From Candidatus Spongiisociaceae bacterium (GTDB lineage: Bacteria > Actinomycetota > Acidimicrobiia > Spongiisociales > Spongiisociaceae): a stretch of DNA of 64,000 bases. The position numbers and the translations under genes are program-made. Numbering within the stretch: position 1 is the stretch's first letter; every line of letters starts with the position of its first letter. The notes below the pieces were generated by a model that saw nothing but the letters and a program-made list of their open reading frames with translations, made no database searches and had not been told where the DNA came from. The DNA is taken from positions 3,040,001-3,104,000 of the forward strand of contig CBDCOH010000002.1 of assembly GCA_965219685.1 (NCBI GenBank), read 5' to 3'. Positions 1 to 11,287 of the stretch are shown one piece after another.

Positions 1-1960
1 TGGATGATGCTGACGGCTACGACGCTGAACTGGCCGTCGGGGACATCGAGGCTGTTTTCGTTGTCGTGGCCCCAACAGGCGATGCTGCCGTTTGTGCGGA
101 GCCCGCAGATGTGGTCGTAGCCGCCCGAGATGGCGGCGAATTGGCCGTCTGGTGCTTGGGTGTATCTGCCCCAGCACGCGATTGTGCGGTCGGTGCTTAT
201 GCCGCAGGTGTAGTCAATACCGACAGCCACGGCGGCGAACTGGCTGTCGGGGGCCGATAGCGCTGCTGCCGGTGCTTGGTCGCCCCAGCATGTGATGGTG
301 CCGTCCGCTCCGATCGCGCAAGAGTGGGAGATGCCGGTAACGAGCGCTGTGTGCTGACCGTCGGGTACGTTGAGTTGTCCTTGGTCGTTGTTTCCCCAGC
401 AGACGATGCCACCGTCGGTGCGGAGCCCACACGAGTGTTGGGCCCAGGCCGACACCGCGGCGAATTGTCCGTCGGGTGGGTCGGACTGTCCTTGGTTGTT
501 GTTTCCCCAGCAGGCGACACGACCGTCGGTGCCGAGCGCGCATGTGTGGCCCGATCCGGCGGTGAGGGATGTGTACTGCTCGTCGGGTACGTCGAGTTGG
601 TCGGGCGCCGCCTGCCCAGCAGGAGACGGTGCCGTCCGCTCGGAGCCCGCACAGGTGGTGGGTGCCGGCGACTACTGACGTGAAGGCCCCGTCTCGTATC
701 CGGCCGCCCCAGCAGGTGATGGTGGCGTCCTGGCCTAGCCCGCAGGTGTGGTTGGATCCCCCGCTTATTGCGGTGAAGCGCCCGTCGGGTGGGTCGGACT
801 GTCCTTGGTTGTTGTTTCCCCAGCAGACGATGGTGCCGTCTGCCCGGAGTCCGCAGGAGTGGGACGCTCCTGCGGTGATCGCCGCGAACGATCCATCAGC
901 AGGGTCGGATTGCCCGTCGGTGTTACGGCCCCAACACTGCGCCGTGCTGTCCGCTCGCAGCCCACAGGTGTGGAGGGGTCCTGCGGCTATGGCGGTGAAG
1001 GTTCCGTCTGGCGCGTCGAGCTGGCTAGCGAAGTCGTTGTCGCCCCAGCAGACGACAGTGCCGTCCTCTCGGAGGCCGCACGTGTGGACCGACCCGGCCG
1101 TGATCGCCGCGAATGTTCCGTCGGGGGCGTCGAGTTGCCCGTATTCGTTCCACCCCCAACACGCTGCGGTGCCGTCCTCTCGGAGGCCGCACGAATGCCC
1201 GAACCCGGCGGTGATCGCCGCGAAGCTTTCGTCGGGGGCGTCGAGTTGCCCGTATTCGTTCCACCCCCAACAGGCGGCGGTGCCGTCGGTGCGGAGGCCG
1301 CACGAATGGGCGATCAGGGAAGCGATGTCGGTGAACTTGCCGTCGGGGGCGTTCCCCTGTCCCCGATTGTTGAAGCCCCAGCAGAAGACAGACCCATCGG
1401 CTCTCAGGCCGCAGGTGTGGTCGGTGCCGGCTGCGATCTTGGTGAACTCGCCTGCGGGTGCCGTTGCCCCACCGTCGTCGCGTGGGGGTAGCAGCCCGAA
1501 CGCCCGGGTGAGGAAGGTGGCCATCTGCGCGCGGGTCACCGCTTCGTAGGGGCAGAACCGCAGCGGCTCTCGGGCGCATCCGGCTGTGACACCGAGGTCT
1601 GCGAGCCGTTCAACATACGGTGTCCACCACTCGTCGGTGTCCACGTCGGCGAACCGTGTTCCCTCCCCAGCCGTGGTGGGCGACTCGCCCAACGCTCGGA
1701 CCAGCCACACGGCCATCACCCAACGCTGGATCGGCTCCCCAGGACAGAACAGGCCTTCCCCGCACTCGGTACCCGCCAGCAGCCCTTCGGTGGCCAGAGC
1801 GTCAATCGCTGGTTCGTGCACCGACCCGTCATCGTCGCCGAACCAACCCACCGCGGACACACCTGTGGCCAACACAACAATTAGCAGCAGTATCGCTGCG
1901 GTGGGCCGACAGCATCCACACACGGCGGCGGCCACGCGTCACGCATCTATCTGCAGACAT
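1..1960 (-). pseudogene. SLH-domain + RCC1-like repeat surface protein; runs off the left window edge, two apparent frameshifts (~1905, ~615)
   Basis: SLH motifs (FCPGEPIQRWVMAVWLVR, FCP..VTRAQMATFL) then HxCGLRxDGTxxCWG repeats. Colinear with the intact paralog 32824-35157. The frame breaks sit in short C/G runs, so they may be sequencing errors. Confidence 0.8.
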
Positions 1961-2129
1961 GTTTCTCTCCCTGGATCAGCCTTCTACGCATCCGGGTTCC
2001 CCCTTTGCCACCAGCGGAATCCCAACACCCATCCCCGCCATCGCGCATAGTTAATGTGATAGTCTCACGCTATGAGCATACCATCGGGGTTCGTGTCGCT
2101 AAGGGGCATCGGCCGGTACAATCCGAGAG

Positions 2130-2594
2130 ATGGCAGACGGCACAGGATTAGGCACCCGGATCCGCGCCCGTCGCACAGCGCTAGGGCTAACACTCGCCCA
2201 AGTAGCAGAACGCGCCGGCCTCTCGAACCAGTACATGTCCAACCTTGAGAACGGTCACCGCAGCCCGAGCCTGGCCGCGCTCCGCTCCATCGCCGCAGCC
2301 CTCGGACAAACCGTCGCCGACCTCCTCGGCGACGGTGCGGACACCATGAACGTCGACCTCCTAGCGACAGCGCTGGCCGACGCTCCCCAGTCGCTGCTCA
2401 CCTTCCCCCGATCCGAACACTTCCGAGACGCCGTCGACCGCCTCGCCGACGAGCAAGGCATCGATCCCCAGGACATACATACACGGCTCACCATCGGGAT
2501 GGCCATCGCCCCCCGACACCCTGGCGGCATGCCCAGCGACCACGACTGGCGTCGCCTCCTCGACGCCTACACCCTCATCCTCCGAGACGGCTAA
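2130..2594 (+). CDS. XRE-family HTH transcriptional regulator
   Basis: IRARRTALGLTLAQVAERAGLSNQYMSNLENG HTH_3 signature; paralog at 35325-35789. Confidence 0.9.
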   Translation: MADGTGLGTRIRARRTALGLTLAQVAERAGLSNQYMSNLENGHRSPSLAALRSIAAALGQTVADLLGDGADTMNVDLLATALADAPQSLLTFPRSEHFRDAVDRLADEQGIDPQDIHTRLTIGMAIAPRHPGGMPSDHDWRRLLDAYTLILRDG

Positions 2595-2623
2595 CCACAG
2601 CCCAGCACCGCGAGAGGCAGGGC

Positions 2624-3070
2624 ATGACACGCACAGAAGCGCAGAACAGCCGACCAGAAGCGGTCTACACCGAAGAGCCCGCACCCGGCGAGGTGATCAT
2701 CCGGGACCAGACCGGATACCGCTACGGCTACGGAGCCATGTACGACGGACCCGTCGCTGTGGCGCTGCCCGACGACGTAGCAGACCCGAACACTCCCAAA
2801 GCGTCCGGCATTGTCGACCTCCCCCGCCATCTCGGACCGTCGCCGCCGATCCCCTTCGACCTCGACGACTGGGTAGACCGCCGAGCCGTGTACGCCAGAG
2901 TCCTCGAGGACGGCACCCCAGACGACGTACGCTGGTTCATCGACGTACACAAACTCGCAGAGATGTGGGACCGGATCATGCTGTCAGACTACGTGCTGTC
3001 GGTGTGGGAACCGTGGCTGCGCGAGAACGGCTACCTGCCCAAGACCAGCCAGCCGCTACCCAGACCATGA
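2624..3070 (+). CDS. Hypothetical protein resembling actinobacterial antitoxin-like partners of AbiEii nucleotidyltransferases
   Basis: GIVDLPRHL..FDLDD..RRAVYARVLEDG..L..MW..L..V..WE pattern; paralog at 35819-36238. Confidence 0.55.
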   Translation: MTRTEAQNSRPEAVYTEEPAPGEVIIRDQTGYRYGYGAMYDGPVAVALPDDVADPNTPKASGIVDLPRHLGPSPPIPFDLDDWVDRRAVYARVLEDGTPDDVRWFIDVHKLAEMWDRIMLSDYVLSVWEPWLRENGYLPKTSQPLPRP

Positions 3071-4099
3071 ACCACCAAACACGACACGTATCGCCGCCAC
3101 CCGCCGATGCTCCCCATACACCTTCGACCGACCAAGCCGAGTAGCCAACATGCAATCATTCGCACCGGCACCGTCCCTCTCGTTAAGACGCGGCGACAGT
3201 GCTGCCGGTTGAACTCCACCCAGCCGAGATCCCCGAGGTCGTCAGGCTGGAACCTGCTCAGAGCCATACTCACCGCGGTGTCCGTAGCGAATCGTGTTAC
3301 CGCGGAGGGTGCGGCCCTGCAGCCGGAACTCGACCACCTGGGAGTAACCCTCGAGGTTCGAGAACGCTTGAAGGGGGCTGTCATAGCCTTCGTTCCTGGG
3401 TTCAGTGATCAACACCGTTCCGGCAGGGATCGCTCAACGGGCTAGAACTGGAGTTCTTGGGATGCTGCGGCGGGGCCGGCAGACGGCCGTGGACTTCCGG
3501 CGGGTGCGCACAGGTCCGCCCGGCGGACGGACATGCGCCGCTGTTGGCGGCTCCAAGGGGTCGGGGCGGCTCGCTCTCCGGGGCTGGAAGCCGCCCTCGA
3601 CCAGGGTTCGCTGAACGTCATCTCGGACCGTGATAGTCCCGGTCAACGGCCCCAGACCGTTACCGGGCCCGATGCGGGGATGACACGAAATCCCAGGTCA
3701 GAGGGAATCGCGCGCGCTCGCGCGCGGGCCGCGGCTAGGTTCGGGAACATCGGCTGGTTCCTGCGCCACAGATGTCGGCGGGCGGACGAACGGGGAGGGG
3801 ACGGACAAGCCGCAGTATCGGGCAAGAGACTGTCGACAACTGCCTGTTTCCCCAGGTAGACAGGCATTTGGAGAGGGAGCCGATCGTACCCGGTCTCACT
3901 ATCCGGTAATACTTGGTGATCGGAGAGGTGACGAGCGACACTTGGACGCCGACTACCCAGTACCGACCCAGTCTCGACGAATTCAAGGCGGGGATGCGGT
4001 AGCAGCATTGCCCGTTGCCGCCACTTGCGGGCTTGCGTCGGCAGTGATGTTGGTGCCCAGCCGATGGTGTGATACTGAGGTCGGATCCGGGTTCCCAAC

Positions 4100-4326
4100 C
4101 CGTAGTACTCATCGGCGATCACCAGTCCGAACATGGCCAACGCCTGGTTGATGTCGATGCCACCGGCTACGAGCTTCTGGAAGGACTGGTTCCGTCGTGC
4201 CAAGTCGAACCTCGTAGGCCTAACGGCGGCGGGGCGAGCACTGAGTCTCGATGAGCCGCTTTCAATTCCGACCGACCCGACCGACGCGGCCAAACGCCCG
4301 ACAGCGACAGCCACATCGGCGTTCAC
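4100..4326 (-). pseudogene. Possible C-terminal fragment of a phage portal-like protein
   Basis: SFQKLVAGGIDINQALAMFGL recalls portal-like C-termini; short and degenerate. Confidence 0.2.
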
Positions 4327-4506
4327 TCCGGTATATCGTCTCCAGTGTTGTGTACTATCGGTTATTACTACTCACCGTCGGCTAGGGCACTGCGAGCGAT
4401 CCGACGTTCGGTACCTAGCCAGCGGGCCGCATCTCCACGGCCATACGCTACTATTCCGCCTTGTCATCAGCCCGCACCGTGCCGCCTATAGGAGCTTCGA
4501 CTGTCC

Positions 4507-7146
4507 ATGGATCCAAGTACCGCCGTCAGTTCGGCCGTAATCTTACCCCTCCGGAGGATGTGGGAACGCGTCGACCGAACTGCACCCGAGTCTGACGTCG
4601 CCTACTTTTATGACCTTCTTAACTTAGGTGAACTTCTGCTAAAATTGGTTGTCGCTGCGTTGGTCACGTCGATCGATAACCGGGATGGCCACCGATATCT
4701 TTTGGAACGGAGCCTTATTCATGCTAATGGTCTAGGTGTTTGGGTGTCTGCTCTTGATGAAGCCCTTAGCGGGCCATCTCGTACGATGATGAGAAGAGAG
4801 GCATATCCGTACCAGCAGGAAATCACTCAGAAATGGTCCCCGACCGAGCAGGCCTGGCAACGAGATGCTATCGAGTATCTAGACCTTACATGTCGGGAGA
4901 TCGATCGAGATCTACCTCAGCCACCACCCAAGGTCTCCCTTGAGTGGTGGTTTACGACCTTCGTCTTGATCCGCAACCGTACGCGTGGGCACGGATCGAC
5001 TCTACCTGGTAAGTCCGCAGTAGCCGCCGTCCCACTTGCCAAATCACTCAGTATCGTTACAAATAATCTCGCTACCTTACGCATACCTTGTGCAGTGATC
5101 CGTCGCAATCTCTCGGGAAAATATAGGGTCGTCCCATTGACAGCACTCGACGATACCCTTAAGGTATTAAAGCAAAAGACTACCCTCAGTTACCCAGACG
5201 GAGTCTACTTTAGTCTTGGCGATCTGCGCTTGACTCCTGTATGCTACACTGACATTGATCTTAGCGATGTCCACATCGCTAACGGCGACTTTCGCCCGTC
5301 TTCCGAGGGAGCCACTTATGAGGTACTCTCCTATATAACCGATAGTCGGGAGCACATTGATGGTTCTGACTACTTGGAACTTATTCGGCAACGTACCGAT
5401 AGCGAAACTCACGGTACATCTGATTTGGAAGTGATCGGTAAAAGTTTCACTAACCTGCCGCCACAGGCCGACGGATACGTTACACGCACTGTGCTAGAGC
5501 AAGAGCTAACCACCGTACTACTTGATGAGCGGCACCCTATGGTGAGTTTGGTAGGCCGTGGGGGAATAGGCAAGACATCTCTTGCTCTTAAGGTACTCCA
5601 CGAACTGTGTCACACGGACGCATTCGATTTTATTCTCTGGTTTAGTGCGCGTGACATAGATCTATTGTCTGAAGGGCCACGAAGCGTTCGACCACAGGTC
5701 TTAACGTTCACAGAGATTGCTAAAGAGTTCATTGCTCTTCTCCGAGACTATGACGTGGGCGATACGACTCTTGACGCGGACGAGTACCTTACGCGCACCC
5801 TTTTGGGTGAACTGACAGGTTACCGCTATTTGGTGGTTGTTGACAACTTCGAGACTGTGCGCAATCCCAAGGAACTCTTTCGTACACTTGATACCCATGT
5901 GCGTCTACCGAACAAGGTTCTAATAACGGGTCGCCACCGGGATTTCAAGGCAGACTATCCCGTCGAGGTGACCGGAATGGTCCGCTCGGAGTATGACGAG
6001 TTGGTCCGCTCCCTCGCCATTAGGCTCAATATATCATCATTGTTGTCCACCGACTACCGGACGAACTTGTATGAGGAGACGGAAGGGCATCCATATCTGA
6101 TCAAGGTGATACTTGGTGAAGTAGCGACGAACCGTAGAGCTACCAATGTTCAGCGCGTGCTTGCTCATCGAGATCGGATGCTTGATGCACTGTTCGAGCG
6201 GTCCTATGCGACCCTGACACCAGCAGCACAGCGTGTCTTCTTGACACTTTGTAATTGGCGCTCTGTAGTATCACAACTCGAACTAGAAGCTGCTCTCATG
6301 CGACCACAGGCTGACTATCTCGACGTCACGACAGCTGTTGACAGTTTGTCACGATACTCAATGGTGGAGGTTCTCAGGAGCCAATCGGACATCGCATTCT
6401 TACGGGTACCCGACGCTGCAAGGATCTTCGGGAAGAAGAAGCTGAAGGTTAGTCATGTGAAGCCGGTCGTCGATGTTGACACTCGAATCCTCCAGACGCT
6501 AGGCGACGTCCGGACCGGTGACATTCGTCGAGATTTCCATCACAGGCTCACTCGGATTTCTCACAATGTAGCTAAGCGAGCTGCACTGGAAGAAGATGTA
6601 AGCACTTATATGGCTATTCTAGAGTATATTGCAACTATCTACCCGCGCGCTTGGCTCGCCATCGCTGGTCTTCGCTTGGAGAATCCCCAGCTTGGTGACG
6701 CGATAGCTTCCCTGGATGCTGTGGAACGATATCTGCAGGAGGCCCCGGATGATGCAGACGCATGGCGAAGGTTGGCAACCTCAGCCCGGGACTTAGACAT
6801 GCACGATCGTGAAATGAATGCTCTGTACCGTTTAGCCAATCTCCCTGGTGCACCTCTTGAGAGCGTATCACGGGCGGCGGCGTGCCTGAGTCGCCACTGG
6901 GTAAGTGGCTTGACGAACGTTGGCCTTGACGAGAAACGGCTTATGGCAAGGCGGCTAGCCCAGTTGATGAGTTCCAAACGATCCGGGGCGAACGGAACCG
7001 ATTTCTCCCGTCTAGCTTGGCTTCATCTCTACCTTAAGGAGGCACACGAAGCTCGTGCGTGTGTTCAAGAGGGTCTGGAGACTGACCCAGGCAATACACA
7101 CCTGCTTAAGCTAGAGTACCGCCTCAGTGAAAAATCTTGGAGTTGA
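4507..7146 (+). CDS. STAND/NB-ARC NTPase (NLR-like): ~310-aa unknown N-terminal domain, NTPase, TPR-like C-terminus
   Basis: Walker A GRGGIGKT, Walker B LVVVDNFE, sensor LITGR, GHP motif, helical repeats; AGGAG upstream; visibly lower GC than flanks. Confidence 0.85.
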   Translation: MDPSTAVSSAVILPLRRMWERVDRTAPESDVAYFYDLLNLGELLLKLVVAALVTSIDNRDGHRYLLERSLIHANGLGVWVSALDEALSGPSRTMMRREAYPYQQEITQKWSPTEQAWQRDAIEYLDLTCREIDRDLPQPPPKVSLEWWFTTFVLIRNRTRGHGSTLPGKSAVAAVPLAKSLSIVTNNLATLRIPCAVIRRNLSGKYRVVPLTALDDTLKVLKQKTTLSYPDGVYFSLGDLRLTPVCYTDIDLSDVHIANGDFRPSSEGATYEVLSYITDSREHIDGSDYLELIRQRTDSETHGTSDLEVIGKSFTNLPPQADGYVTRTVLEQELTTVLLDERHPMVSLVGRGGIGKTSLALKVLHELCHTDAFDFILWFSARDIDLLSEGPRSVRPQVLTFTEIAKEFIALLRDYDVGDTTLDADEYLTRTLLGELTGYRYLVVVDNFETVRNPKELFRTLDTHVRLPNKVLITGRHRDFKADYPVEVTGMVRSEYDELVRSLAIRLNISSLLSTDYRTNLYEETEGHPYLIKVILGEVATNRRATNVQRVLAHRDRMLDALFERSYATLTPAAQRVFLTLCNWRSVVSQLELEAALMRPQADYLDVTTAVDSLSRYSMVEVLRSQSDIAFLRVPDAARIFGKKKLKVSHVKPVVDVDTRILQTLGDVRTGDIRRDFHHRLTRISHNVAKRAALEEDVSTYMAILEYIATIYPRAWLAIAGLRLENPQLGDAIASLDAVERYLQEAPDDADAWRRLATSARDLDMHDREMNALYRLANLPGAPLESVSRAAACLSRHWVSGLTNVGLDEKRLMARRLAQLMSSKRSGANGTDFSRLAWLHLYLKEAHEARACVQEGLETDPGNTHLLKLEYRLSEKSWS

Positions 7147-7299
7147 CGCTGTTCGAGATTTGTGAAGACCCGCCCCTACTGATACGCCGATCCGGGTTAT
7201 CGAATCGGCGACTAGGGAGGTGTGATCGAAAGTAATCCTCTGTAGGTCATCAGACAGCGGCGATTTCAATGAGAGTTTGTAATATCCCAAGGCATCCTC

Positions 7300-7370
7300 C
7301 GATAGGCGCAAGCCCATCGGTGCTAGCACCGATGCTACTTCATCCCGCAGCGCTTCAGCGTCGTTGCAGG
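7300..7370 (-). pseudogene. Small fragment of a group II intron reverse transcriptase
   Basis: DAEALRDEVASVLAPMGLRLSED matches the RT segment that follows YADD. Confidence 0.4.
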
Positions 7371-7630
7371 TTGCTGTGGCTATAGAGCAGGCTGGGGATT
7401 TCGAGTGGGCATCGTGGGTCGCTGGGCGGGGACGCTTGCCGCGGGAGGGTTGGCTTCGTGGTTCGGTTGACGACCTGGCTGCGTTCGTGGACAGGGCAGG
7501 CGAGGACGCGGCCGGCCTGTCGGGGCTGGTGGACGACGTGCGTGACACGCTGTCGGCGGCGGCTCTACAGGTGGAGAACTATCCTAACGGCGAGGCCATC
7601 TCCGCGGAGTTCGGGGACGTGCTCTATCAG
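7364..7630 (+). pseudogene. Possible fragment of a restriction-modification enzyme
   Basis: RLPREGWLRGSVDDLAAFV recalls a region of fused type IIG REase-MTases; no catalytic motif visible. Confidence 0.2.
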
Positions 7631-8056
7631 GCCGGGGGGGTGTCCCTGTCTTGTTGTCAAGCCGCTTTGGGCAGTTTCTCGGGTTGGCGGGGTTGGTAGG
7701 GCGTTTGGGTCTTGAGCATGTGATGGCGATCGAAACCGGGGCGGTTCACACAGGGTGGTGATGCTCCTATGACGCTCCTATATTGTGCAAGTCGGTTGTC
7801 GGGTGTCGATCCATTGTTGGTATCGGGTGGCGAGGTGGTGGTTGTGGTAGAGGCCCCGCTCGAGTCGCGATAGGAGGGTGGGTTGGGTATCGAGGTGGTG
7901 GGCGGCCTGGGTGAGGGTGATCCGGGCTTGGGTTCGACGGTTGCGTAGGTGGGTACCGTCCGGTGTTGGGTGGGGATTGGTCAGCAGTCGGTAGATCTCT
8001 CGGGCGATGTGCCGCTTGAGGCAGCGGATGATCTCTTTTCGTTTCTTTCCCTCGGC

Positions 8057-10002
8057 CCCGAGTTTGGCGGGTGTTTTGTGTTTTGCCTGGTCAGGGGGGA
8101 TTTGGGGTTGGGGTGTTTCCACTACATTGGCGGTGTGGGGGCTGGTGAGGGGGTTTAGGTGATGGTGGCTTTGTCCCAGGTGCGGGTATCTGCTCCGATG
8201 GCGGTGAGGGTTCGGGTTTGTAGGGGGCTGCGGCGGGTGGTGAGATGGATTCGGCGGCCGCTGGTGGTGAGTTGGTGGCGGCGGACACGGTTGAGGTCGC
8301 GCAGGGCTCGGGCGGCGGTGAGGTGCTGGTCTGCGAGGTCGGGGTCACGAACGTCGGCTGCTGCGAGAGCTTGGCTGATGAGGGTCTCGATTAGAGCGGC
8401 GTAGACACAGACCGCGACGTGGCCGCGGACTCGTTGTTCGGTCCAGTGTCTTATGGGGCGGAGCCGTAGGAAGTCTTTGAGGACCCGGAAGCGGGTTTCG
8501 ACTGCTTGCAGTTGGCGGTAGTAGTCCACGACTTGGGCGGTGGGGGCCTGGGTGGGTGTGAGGCTGGTAGCTAGCACGTAGCGGCCAGCGAGGAGCTCTT
8601 CGTATACGTGGGCGTCTTCGTTGTAGTGGTAGAGAAACCGTCCAGGTTCGATCTCGACGTCGAAGAGCCGCCCAGCCCCAACAGTGGCGAGGATACGCTG
8701 CGCGGCTGCCCCGATCTTGGCGGGGTCCTTCAGCCGGCCGGCACGGACGCGGAGCTCCAGCGCCCGCAGTTCGGTTTCGGCGGCGGCGACGATCTGGCCT
8801 GTGCGGGCGGTGTCTCGGCGGGCGCGGGCGTCGGATTCGACCACAACCGCCCGGGTGCCGTCCTCGAGGGTGATATCGGCGGCGCGGCAGCCGCGCTGGG
8901 GGAGGTCGACCCAGACGGTGTCGTCATCAAGAGCGCCAAGGGCTTGTTTGCTGATACGGTCACGACGCAGCTTTGTGGCCAATAGGTGGTCGAACCCGGC
9001 TTCGGCGACCGCCTCCACGTTGGCAGCTGACATCAGGCCCCGGTCGGCGACTACACAGATCCGGCCCACCGCGAACCTCGCCGCTAAGTCGCCCAACACG
9101 GCGGCCAGGGTGGTGGCGTCGCTGGTGTTCCCCGAGAACACATGATGGGCGATCGGGATCCCGTCGGAGGTGCATAGGAGGCCGATCACTATCTGGGGAC
9201 GATCAGCACGATGGTCCCGCGAATACCCGAACGCCCGGGAGGGGAACCGTCCAGAGGACCGTGTCGAACCCTCGAAATATGTGGAAGTCAGGTCGTAGCA
9301 AACCAGCCGCAGGTCCAGGTTCGTCAAGTCGCACAACCGGGCATACAGATGCGTCTCCGTTTGGTCTTTGGAGGCGGCGACCGCGTCCAGAGCCCGGTAA
9401 TACTGATCAAGGGACGGAGCCGACCAGCCGTCGGGCATCACCACATCCACCCCAGCCCACTCGGCCAGCCGCCGCTTCGAGCACGGCGCCACCAGGCGGT
9501 TTGCCACCATCGCGAACACCGCATGCTCCAGAGCCTTCGCGCCCCGCCTCGCGCCGACCTGAGCGAACCACTCCCCGAGGCCCAGCCGCTGCCACACCGA
9601 CCACACCGCCGCTACCGCCCCCACCGCAGGCGCCCCCTCAGCTGCCAACCCGCCGACATCGACACGTTCCCGCACCAGATGACGCTCCAGGGCGGCGACG
9701 ATGCGTTCCAGCTGACCGGACTCGCGCAAAGCGGTCACCTCCCCCAGCCGCAGAAGGGTCCGGTGACCGACCTTCGACCCGTGGCGGAAAGACTCCACCA
9801 AAGACAAATACTCGTACACCTTGTCGCCCCTGCGACGGCGGGTCGTCTTCACGAACATACCCAGAACCATACCACTAACAGCCCACCTATCCAACCATAT
9901 GTCGCCCCTACAAATCCCCACCCAAACCGTGCCCTACACCAAGAAACCCCAGGTCAGAGAACCGACCACCCCCACAAAGCCCCCCAACCCGCCAAACTCG
10001 GG
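8057..10002 (-). mobile_element. IS1634-family element
   Basis: 15-bp TIR CCCGAGTTTGGCGGG / CCCGCCAAACTCGGG; 5-bp TSD TCGGC (8052-8056, 10003-10007). Confidence 0.92.
8155..9858 (-). CDS. IS1634-family DDE transposase
   Basis: YLSLVES, YDLTSTYFEG, GYSRDHR, VADRG, VETRFRVLK, LRPIRHW motifs. Confidence 0.92.
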   Translation of the reverse strand: MFVKTTRRRRGDKVYEYLSLVESFRHGSKVGHRTLLRLGEVTALRESGQLERIVAALERHLVRERVDVGGLAAEGAPAVGAVAAVWSVWQRLGLGEWFAQVGARRGAKALEHAVFAMVANRLVAPCSKRRLAEWAGVDVVMPDGWSAPSLDQYYRALDAVAASKDQTETHLYARLCDLTNLDLRLVCYDLTSTYFEGSTRSSGRFPSRAFGYSRDHRADRPQIVIGLLCTSDGIPIAHHVFSGNTSDATTLAAVLGDLAARFAVGRICVVADRGLMSAANVEAVAEAGFDHLLATKLRRDRISKQALGALDDDTVWVDLPQRGCRAADITLEDGTRAVVVESDARARRDTARTGQIVAAAETELRALELRVRAGRLKDPAKIGAAAQRILATVGAGRLFDVEIEPGRFLYHYNEDAHVYEELLAGRYVLATSLTPTQAPTAQVVDYYRQLQAVETRFRVLKDFLRLRPIRHWTEQRVRGHVAVCVYAALIETLISQALAAADVRDPDLADQHLTAARALRDLNRVRRHQLTTSGRRIHLTTRRSPLQTRTLTAIGADTRTWDKATIT

Positions 10003-11039
10003 TCGGCCTTGCGTCGGGTGACGTAGGCTTTCGTGGCGGGGTCGGTACGCATCCGGTTGGTGGCGATCCGCCATAGCGCGTTGTTGGCTTGGCGGTTGCC
10101 GCCCTGGTTGAGCCGGTGGCGGATGGTCTGTCCGGATGATGCGGGGACGGGGCTGGTGCCGCAGAGGGCAGCGAAGGCTGCCTCGGTGCTCATGCGTTGG
10201 GGGTTGTCGCCCGCGGCTATAAGCAGAGCTGCTGCTGTGTCAGGTCCGACCCCACGAGCTGCCAGAAGCGCCGGGTTTGCCTGGGTGCAGAGACGGCGGA
10301 TCTCCGTGTCGAGGTCGGCGATCTCGGCAGTCAGCGACTGGTATCTGCGGGCCAGGTGCCGCAGGGCACGTTTCGCGTGGGTGGTGGTGGTGTGGTCTGT
10401 GCCGGGTCGGAAAGCGGCGCAGACCCGCACCCGGGCTTTGAGATTCTTGCCTCGGAGCTGGTTCTTTACCGACTCTGGGGCTGTTACCACCAGGGCGTGG
10501 ATCTGGTTAGCGGCCTGCGTGCGGGCTTTGGTGGCGGATCGGCGTACCACCCGCAGCATCCTGATCGACTCCACAGGCCCATCGGCGGTCTTAGGGCGGG
10601 CTGTCGCTTCGCCGTTAAGAGCAGCCCGAGCGGCGGCTTCGGCATCGGTGGAATCGGTCTTGCCCCGGCGGCGGCGTAGCTGGCGGTTGGGACGATTCAC
10701 CTCCACCACCTCGATGCCGACCTCGGTGAGGTGACGGGCCAACCCTGCCCCGTAGCTACCCGTTCCTTCCACCCCGACCCGGATCAGGCAGCCCTGCGAT
10801 CCCATCCAGGCGACCAACCCCCGATACCCGACACCATCCGCCGCGAACGACTCAGACCCCAGCAGCCGGCCTGCGTTATCAACCACCGCCCCAACATGGA
10901 GATCCCGATGCGTGTCCACTCCGCCGACCACAACCCCCTCGGTTCGAACCTTCTCTGCCATGATGCCCTCCCTCCGTGGGCCGCTTAGAATCCAACCCCC
11001 TGGCCCGGGCAGAGCGGCGGACAGAACACTCTGTGAGTA

Positions 11040-11240
11040 TCGGGTGGGTCTCGTTGAGGTTGCCAGGATTGGCGTCAGCGGCGGGGTCGTGACCCGAGAA
11101 CACTCTGACCTCTGTGTCTTTACCGTGATGCGTCCGACACCGCCGCTGCGCCGCCTGGGCGTTCCGTTGCTGGCCTGATCAGAAGCTTGTCCACCGTCCG
11201 GGGTGTGACCCATCACAGTCCTGCCGTCACGGTCTGCGCC
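11040..11240 (+). ncRNA. Predicted bridge RNA of IS110 element B
   Basis: AGAACACTC (11097-11105) equals the left flank. ACCGTGAT (11122-11129) is the reverse complement of the right flank with 1 mismatch. AGAAGC and TCACAG match the element's own ends. Confidence 0.75.
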
Positions 11241-11287
11241 TTTAGGAGGCGATAGCCCAGTTCGCACAAGAAAGAGAGCGTCTTCTT

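Larger units (their letters stand above)
7778..10961 (-). pseudogene. IS110 recombinase of element A with C-terminal XRE-like HTH, split by IS1634
   Basis: GGVDTH, EGTGSYG, GKTDSTDA, SSG, GGNRQAN motifs; removing IS1634 restores RRKAEGKK. Confidence 0.9.

Noticed and set aside
600-1910. Phase variation by frameshifts in the first SLH-RCC1 gene
   Set aside because: The runs are only 3-4 nt and similar single-base indels occur in IS genes, so sequencing error or decay is at least as likely.
3070-4100. Short ORFs between the XRE cassette and the NLR gene
   Set aside because: No recognisable motifs or consistent coding signal.
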